Part shown: piece by piece, positions 58,801-64,000 of the stretch
How positions within the stretch are numbered: the first letter of the stretch is position 1
Layout: every line of letters begins with the position of its first letter
DNA from: Schmidtea polychroa
Lineage: Eukaryota
NCBI GenBank assembly: GCA_044892525.1
Contig: CM097885.1
Span: 235,106,001-235,170,000 of the forward strand
Reading direction: 5' to 3'
DNA length: 64,000 nt
Made by a program: the position numbers and the translations under genes
Notes under the pieces: generated by a model
Database searches by the model: none
What the model was told of the DNA's origin: nothing
Seen by the model: only the letters and a program-made list of their open reading frames with translations

Positions 58801-61800
58801 TCAGTCGCACCGTTATATAAATCATAGACCAAAAAACACTCAGATACGTTTCCTATAATAATTTATAATTATACTGTTGACTAAAAGTAATATTTAAGAA
58901 CTTGAATAATGATCTCATATCTATATGGATCAAAATTCAAAACTTAATATAAGAAAAAAATCAAATCAAAAGTCCAAAAATGAAAAAATAGTCCAGATTA
59001 TATAACACTGCAATTTCTTTTATACGTAAAAGTGATACGTACAATGCAGTTTTGTTATTTGTTCAATCAATAAAATAAAATTATATGTGTTTTTACTGTA
59101 AAAGGTTTTACAAAACCGTTCAATTTTTTATATTCTCTATTGACAATCATTTTGGGAAAAGGCTAAAATGCAACTGGACTATCATTTTTGGACAAAGGGA
59201 GTACATTATATTGATTTCAAGCTACTGTTCTCATTGATAGTGCAATGAGATACACCTTAACAGTATTGAAATCTAATACACCAAACACCACTGAGAACCG
59301 TTTCCTATAATATAACAAAAAAATCAATAATCTTACATTATAGATACATACATACTTGCTTTGATTTCATTTTGATTTCTCATTTATAGCTCAATGAGAT
59401 ACATCTTATACTATAGAAATCTAAAAAGTGGAAGAAAAATTAAAAACTGCACACAAGCGCAACACATACTAAAAACACATACAAACTTTTGATTCGTAGA
59501 AATGCATCACTGAGATACGTTTCTATAATAACTTTATTTTAGACAATTTTTAGAAAAAAAAGATCGTTGAAAATTTTTAAAAATATATTTTTAGTGAAAA
59601 TATTAAGAGCAGATTAATTTGGTTCAATATCTTTTCAATCCAGATTTGATTTCCTGAAAGAAGCCCCTCATATTGAGCTCAGAAAAAAATAATTTTATTC
59701 ATATTCTTTATCATATTCTTAAAATGTTTTAGAAAAATAATTATTTTTGATGATTGATTGATTGATTTAATTATAATTAAAAATATATCTGACTCACATT
59801 TTTTCGAAATAATTCCAAAATACTTAAAAATAAATGTCATAAAATTCCTAAAATCCCTGAAAATAATTTATAATTATTACTGTTGACTAAAAGTAAAATT
59901 TAAGAACTTGAATAATTATCTCATATCTATATGGATCAAAATTCAAGCCTTAAAATTTACTTAAAATTAAATATCTTACCTGAAAGCCATTTCTAAAATG
60001 GCTAAAATAAATTTCCAAAATACATTCAAGATGAGCAATTCAGTAAATGATAAATTCATAAATTGATAAAGATGATTAATTAATAAATTGGTGAGTGAAT
60101 TGCTTTACACGCCAACCACCACTATAGAGAATGTTTCTCAGTGGTGTTTGGTGTAAGTGGTAGAAAAATTAAATACTGTACACAAACACAACACATAATA
60201 AAAAACACATGCAAATTTTCGATACATAGAAATGTGTCGCTGAGATACGTTTCTATAATAACTTTATTTTAGACAATTTTGAGTGAAAAAAGATCGCTGA
60301 AATTGTTTTTAAATGTATTTTTAAAGAAACTACGTTAAATTATCATGAAAATGACGAAATATCATCGTAAGAATTATTTTTGAATTAAAATTAGAGTTAA
60401 ATATTCATTAGAATTTCTGATATTTGTTTTAGAAATGTTTTAGAAAATTACATTTATGACGAGATTGATTTAATTATAATTAAAAATATATCTGAATTAC
60501 ATTATATTGAAATAATTCCAAAATAATTATTAAATAAATTTAATAAAATTCCTAAAAATCTTGAAAATTAATTTAAAAATAATTTATAATACAAATGTTG
60601 ACTAAAGTAATATTTAAGAACTTGAATATTCTCATATCTATATGGATCAAAATTCAAGTCTTAAAATTTACTTACAATTAAACATCTTACCTGAAAGCTA
60701 CATTTCTAAAATGGCTAAAATAAATTTCTAGAAAAATGAAATTCATTAAATTGGTGAGTCACCGATTGTAGACCAATTGGTGTCCACACTAACTAACACC
60801 ATAGAAAATGTATCTCAGTGGTGTTTGGTGTAAAATACATGCAAACGTCGTGAATCAGCATGAAAGTGTATGTTTTATTCAAGTTTCTTTTAATAAATTA
60901 AATGCTAAAATTTAAAATATTTATTAAACAAGTAATTGGTAATATAAGTCTTTTGCTGCAAAGTATATATTTAATAATATCAAATTCATTACAAAATCAA
61001 TGTATGCATTTCTTTCAGCAGTGCTTTTTGTCTGGAAAAAAAGTGGCCGGAACGTATCTGTACTATCCTTTATATGCAAAAAATGACGCTGAAATTAGCT
61101 AACAAATAAAATAATTATGCAGGACACAAAATATACACTTATTACCGACGACAGGAAACGATTTTAATGACGTAGTATATTAATGGTGTATATTTACCGT
61201 GAGCGTGTTTTATATAATAATAATAACACATAGGAAGCACATAGTTATGATTCATTCGCTTTGGCGTACGACTACTACTTTTAATTTGATTGTAATTGAC
61301 TATTTGAAATGTCAGAAATAGAAATAGGACAAAAAAACCAAAACATATGTCAATTTTTTAAAATCTTTCAGCGAAAAAAGGTGCCGGAACGCCTTTCCGG
61401 AGCGTTCCGTCAGAAAAAAAGCACTGGATATAGGTATAGTAAATCACGAAAAGTTGTATTGCAATCTTTAGTATGAAAGTCGATGAAATAAATATATTAT
61501 AAACAATATTTTATTATTTGCTTCTTTTTTTTAATAAAATATGTTGTGTTGTAGGGAGTATAAGGATATGATTTTATAATGAAAAGAATATTTTTTTCAA
61601 TTCCTATGTTCGCATAATGACATTTATAATATATTCTTTTCATTTGTTTATGACGGAGATGCCCGTTACTTTTATTTTGAATCGCAAATACAACAGTTTG
61701 TACATAATGTCTTAATCTTTTGGACTGATATTTTTATATATGAGACTATTAACAGTACACAAAGATCGCTCCTTTACTTCACTTCCAAGGGAATTAAGCG

Positions 61801-63957
61801 ACCTAGAACTGGCACTATATATATTACTGGCTATCTATCTACATTGGGTGTCGAGTATACTGCTTCAATTAATGTAATATAATAACTTCTCGATTTATAA
61901 GTTTGAAAAATACAACAAGCACTTAAAAAAGGCTCGTTAAAATTGGTATTTAAATTTATTGATCAGTGTAATTACAATATAATTACAGTCAATTTTAAAG
62001 TCTTCTTTTCTTGTGAAAACCACATATGAAAACTGGAATTTGCTATCACTCAACTACCCTTTCTCTTTTCAATATCTCGGTTCAATTGAATCAATAGCTT
62101 TTTTATTTTGATTGTTAAGATAAACACCCCAAACTTTTTATTAATCTTAAATGTTGCTTAACTCAAACAAATTCATATTATTGTTGATTAATATTATTGA
62201 TTAATATTATTGATTATTATTATTGATTATTATTATTGATTATTATTATTGATTATTATTATTGATTATTTTTGATTATTTAATTTAGTTTAATAAAAAG
62301 TCCACAATTTCAATATTAATTTGAAATAATAATTTTGTAAAAAATTATCTATACTTTAATAATATTTCTGTCCAAATAACGTTTCTTCTACTCTCTACTG
62401 TTCTAGATAACAACTGTCTGTAATATAAAATAATCTTTAAATTATATTACATGGAATAATTTCTTTGTAAGTTTTTTTGAAAAAACAATGACAATAATAA
62501 AAATTTGGAGTTGTCAAGAAAATAGTGATAAAACATGGATGAATTTTATTTTAGCCGGTTATTGTGAATATCTAAAAATTAATTTAGATATTTATAGTGA
62601 TACTTTTTAAAAGGATTAAAGTTTTTTCAGTTCATGAATTTAGCAGAATGAATTTCCATAATAGATTTTCTGCAATACGCTAAGCATTTAATGTAGAATT
62701 CCAAAAACAAGATTAGAGTAATTTGAGAAATTAATATCATCACATTAAAAATTTCTATCCTAAATGTATGATGAAACAAAGCATTTTAGGAGAATTGTTA
62801 AGTTTATATTTTATCTTAAAATCTAAAAATTATTTAAAAATATTTATATCAAATAAAAAAAATAAATCATTTAATTACATAGAATTTAACATTATAAATT
62901 ACCGTTAATATTAAAATTAACACAAAGCGCAATTGACTGGATTTTATTTAATGTTTAATCAGCCACTATTAATTGCTCTTTGGAGTAGCAGTTACATCTA
63001 CCAATTTCAAAATAGGGTAGAAAAAATCAATAAAACACACTAACACGGCATGTGTAACTCCTATAATAAAACAAACAATAAAATGCACCAGCTGCAAAAG
63101 ATAAACTAATTTTTAAGCAAATAATTTTTTAATACATCAAATTGCATTAATTATGTATATTATTAACTTATTATGGGCAGGTGGTAAGTTAATAGTTATA
63201 TTTTTTTCTTTTTATGTTAATATATATTTTTTAATTAAAATTACCTTTTTATTATGAATTTCATGTTATTTAGGATATATTTTTTTTTGGAAAATGGTAC
63301 GATTTATTAAATTTTCAATTAAAAATAATTTCGATAACTTTTTTGTGATTCTTCCTTTTATCCAAAAATTATTATTTAAGTGACAAAAATTTGATAAAAT
63401 GTGATATAAATTTTGATAATTGGTGATATTTAACGATTTAGATTAAGAGAGCCATTATATATTGAAAATAATATGGAATCAATTATTTGGGCTAATCTTA
63501 AGCCACCTATTAATCGTGAAATATTGGAAATTATTATCCGAAGTTCTGATCCTGAAGACTTCTTAGAATTTTTGAAAATTAGACAAAAAACAAATGGAGA
63601 ACATAAAATACCGTTTAAAGGAGGCGATGTAAATGGTTTTCGTAATTTAGTTTCTATATTTCGAATGTATCACTAGATTACATTGAACTATCAAGTTAAA
63701 AAGCTTCAAGAACTTGGAATGACAACTAATGAAGAATCTCAGATTTTATTTCTATATAAATTAATACTGGAAATTGTTAATTCCCGGAAGCCTATGCAAA
63801 ATACTTTGAAAAAGATCAAAACATCGCATGCGGGATTGACATTAAACCCTAATATTAGTTATCATAATTACAAAAATACGCATTCAAAGGATACTTTTCC
63901 TGAAATTTTGAGTACACTAGATTTCGAAACGTCTTTGACAATTGAATCAATATCGGG
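49260..63957 (+). CDS. PIK3R4: Vps15 / PI3K regulatory subunit 4, multi-exon, continuing beyond the window
   Basis: MGNSLTG...LGSSRFFKV (49260-49390); [17 protein letters not shown] (about 52681-52836); [12 protein letters not shown]...[22 protein letters not shown] (from about 52944); MDMFSVG/CIFIELF; HEAT-region exons [15 protein letters not shown] and [10 protein letters not shown]. Later exons at about 58342-58695 and 63443-63957. Boundaries are approximate. Confidence 0.93.
50020..52120 (-). mobile_element. hAT transposon (ZMYM1/THAP12-like transposase), 3'-truncated, in a PIK3R4 intron
   Basis: 5' end CAGGCGCGTAGCCAGGGGG at 52120. Motifs [36 protein letters not shown] and CETRWIERH across broken ORFs. 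Confidence 0.92.
53361..53415. repeat. (ATT)n microsatellite, intronic
   Basis: Direct reading. Confidence 0.95.
53898..54244. mobile_element. Probable MITE with imperfect ~26-bp TIRs
   Basis: TTGAGGACTATGCCGGTCGGATATTT vs the reverse complement of the right end, TTGAGGATGATGCCTCGCCGGATATTT. Confidence 0.55.
55300..55893. repeat. ~600-bp imperfect (AAT)n microsatellite, intronic
   Basis: Direct reading. Confidence 0.97.
56450..57350 (-). pseudogene. Decayed DDE transposase (HFDGK ... [DT]T.VNT ... CxxH-like type)
   Basis: The minus strand gives HFDGK (about 57045), then YQVVV...LEALRL, and [16 protein letters not shown]...PQFIGCQ, with frameshifts. Confidence 0.55.
58840..60835. repeat. 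Local ~720-bp degenerate tandem duplication, intronic
   Basis: TGTTGACTAAA(A)GTAA...CTCATATCTATATGGATCAAAATTCAA at about 58876, 59881 and 60596. AGATACGTTTCTATAATAACTTTATTTTAGACAATT at about 59513 and 60243. Confidence 0.75.
61019..61426. mobile_element. hAT-like MITE
   Basis: TIR CAGTGCTTTTT...AAAAAGCACTG with GCCGGAACG subterminal motifs. TSD not evident. Confidence 0.65.
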
Positions 63958-64000
63958 TATGTCGAATTTGATTTGTTTATATTTAGAATTTATTTATTAC

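Overview
AT-rich eukaryotic (metazoan) genomic DNA with very short 45-50 nt introns and long (AAT)n tracts. A planarian-like origin is only a guess. Host genes: a replication-dependent histone H2A with its 3' stem-loop, a Chibby (CBY1) homolog, a CCDC28 homolog, and the 5' part of a multi-exon Vps15/PIK3R4 gene. Most of the rest is nested mobile DNA. (1) A decayed ~12.8 kb Polinton/Maverick (12229-25000) sits inside a Gypsy integrase relic. It encodes integrase, A32-type ATPase, a pX-like protein, protease, penton, a fiber-like protein, a late-domain membrane protein and pPolB with an endonuclease VII insertion. It has no recognisable major capsid gene, and each TIR is itself bounded by inverted Polinton termini. 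(2) There are at least eight 0.9-5.1 kb elements or fragments with TG(T/G)TGGG...CAACA/CACCA ends, five of them with verifiable 4-bp TSDs; these are probably giant solo LTRs. They carry covarying structured-RNA modules and a 3'-terminal tRNA-acceptor-like stem ending in ACCA. They also carry a spliced gene for an unknown coiled-coil protein with an Arg-rich motif and a SIM, an arrangement reminiscent of Rev/RRE (a hypothesis only). (3) hAT and pogo relics and MITEs. Everything here was read by eye; no database searches or folding programs were run.
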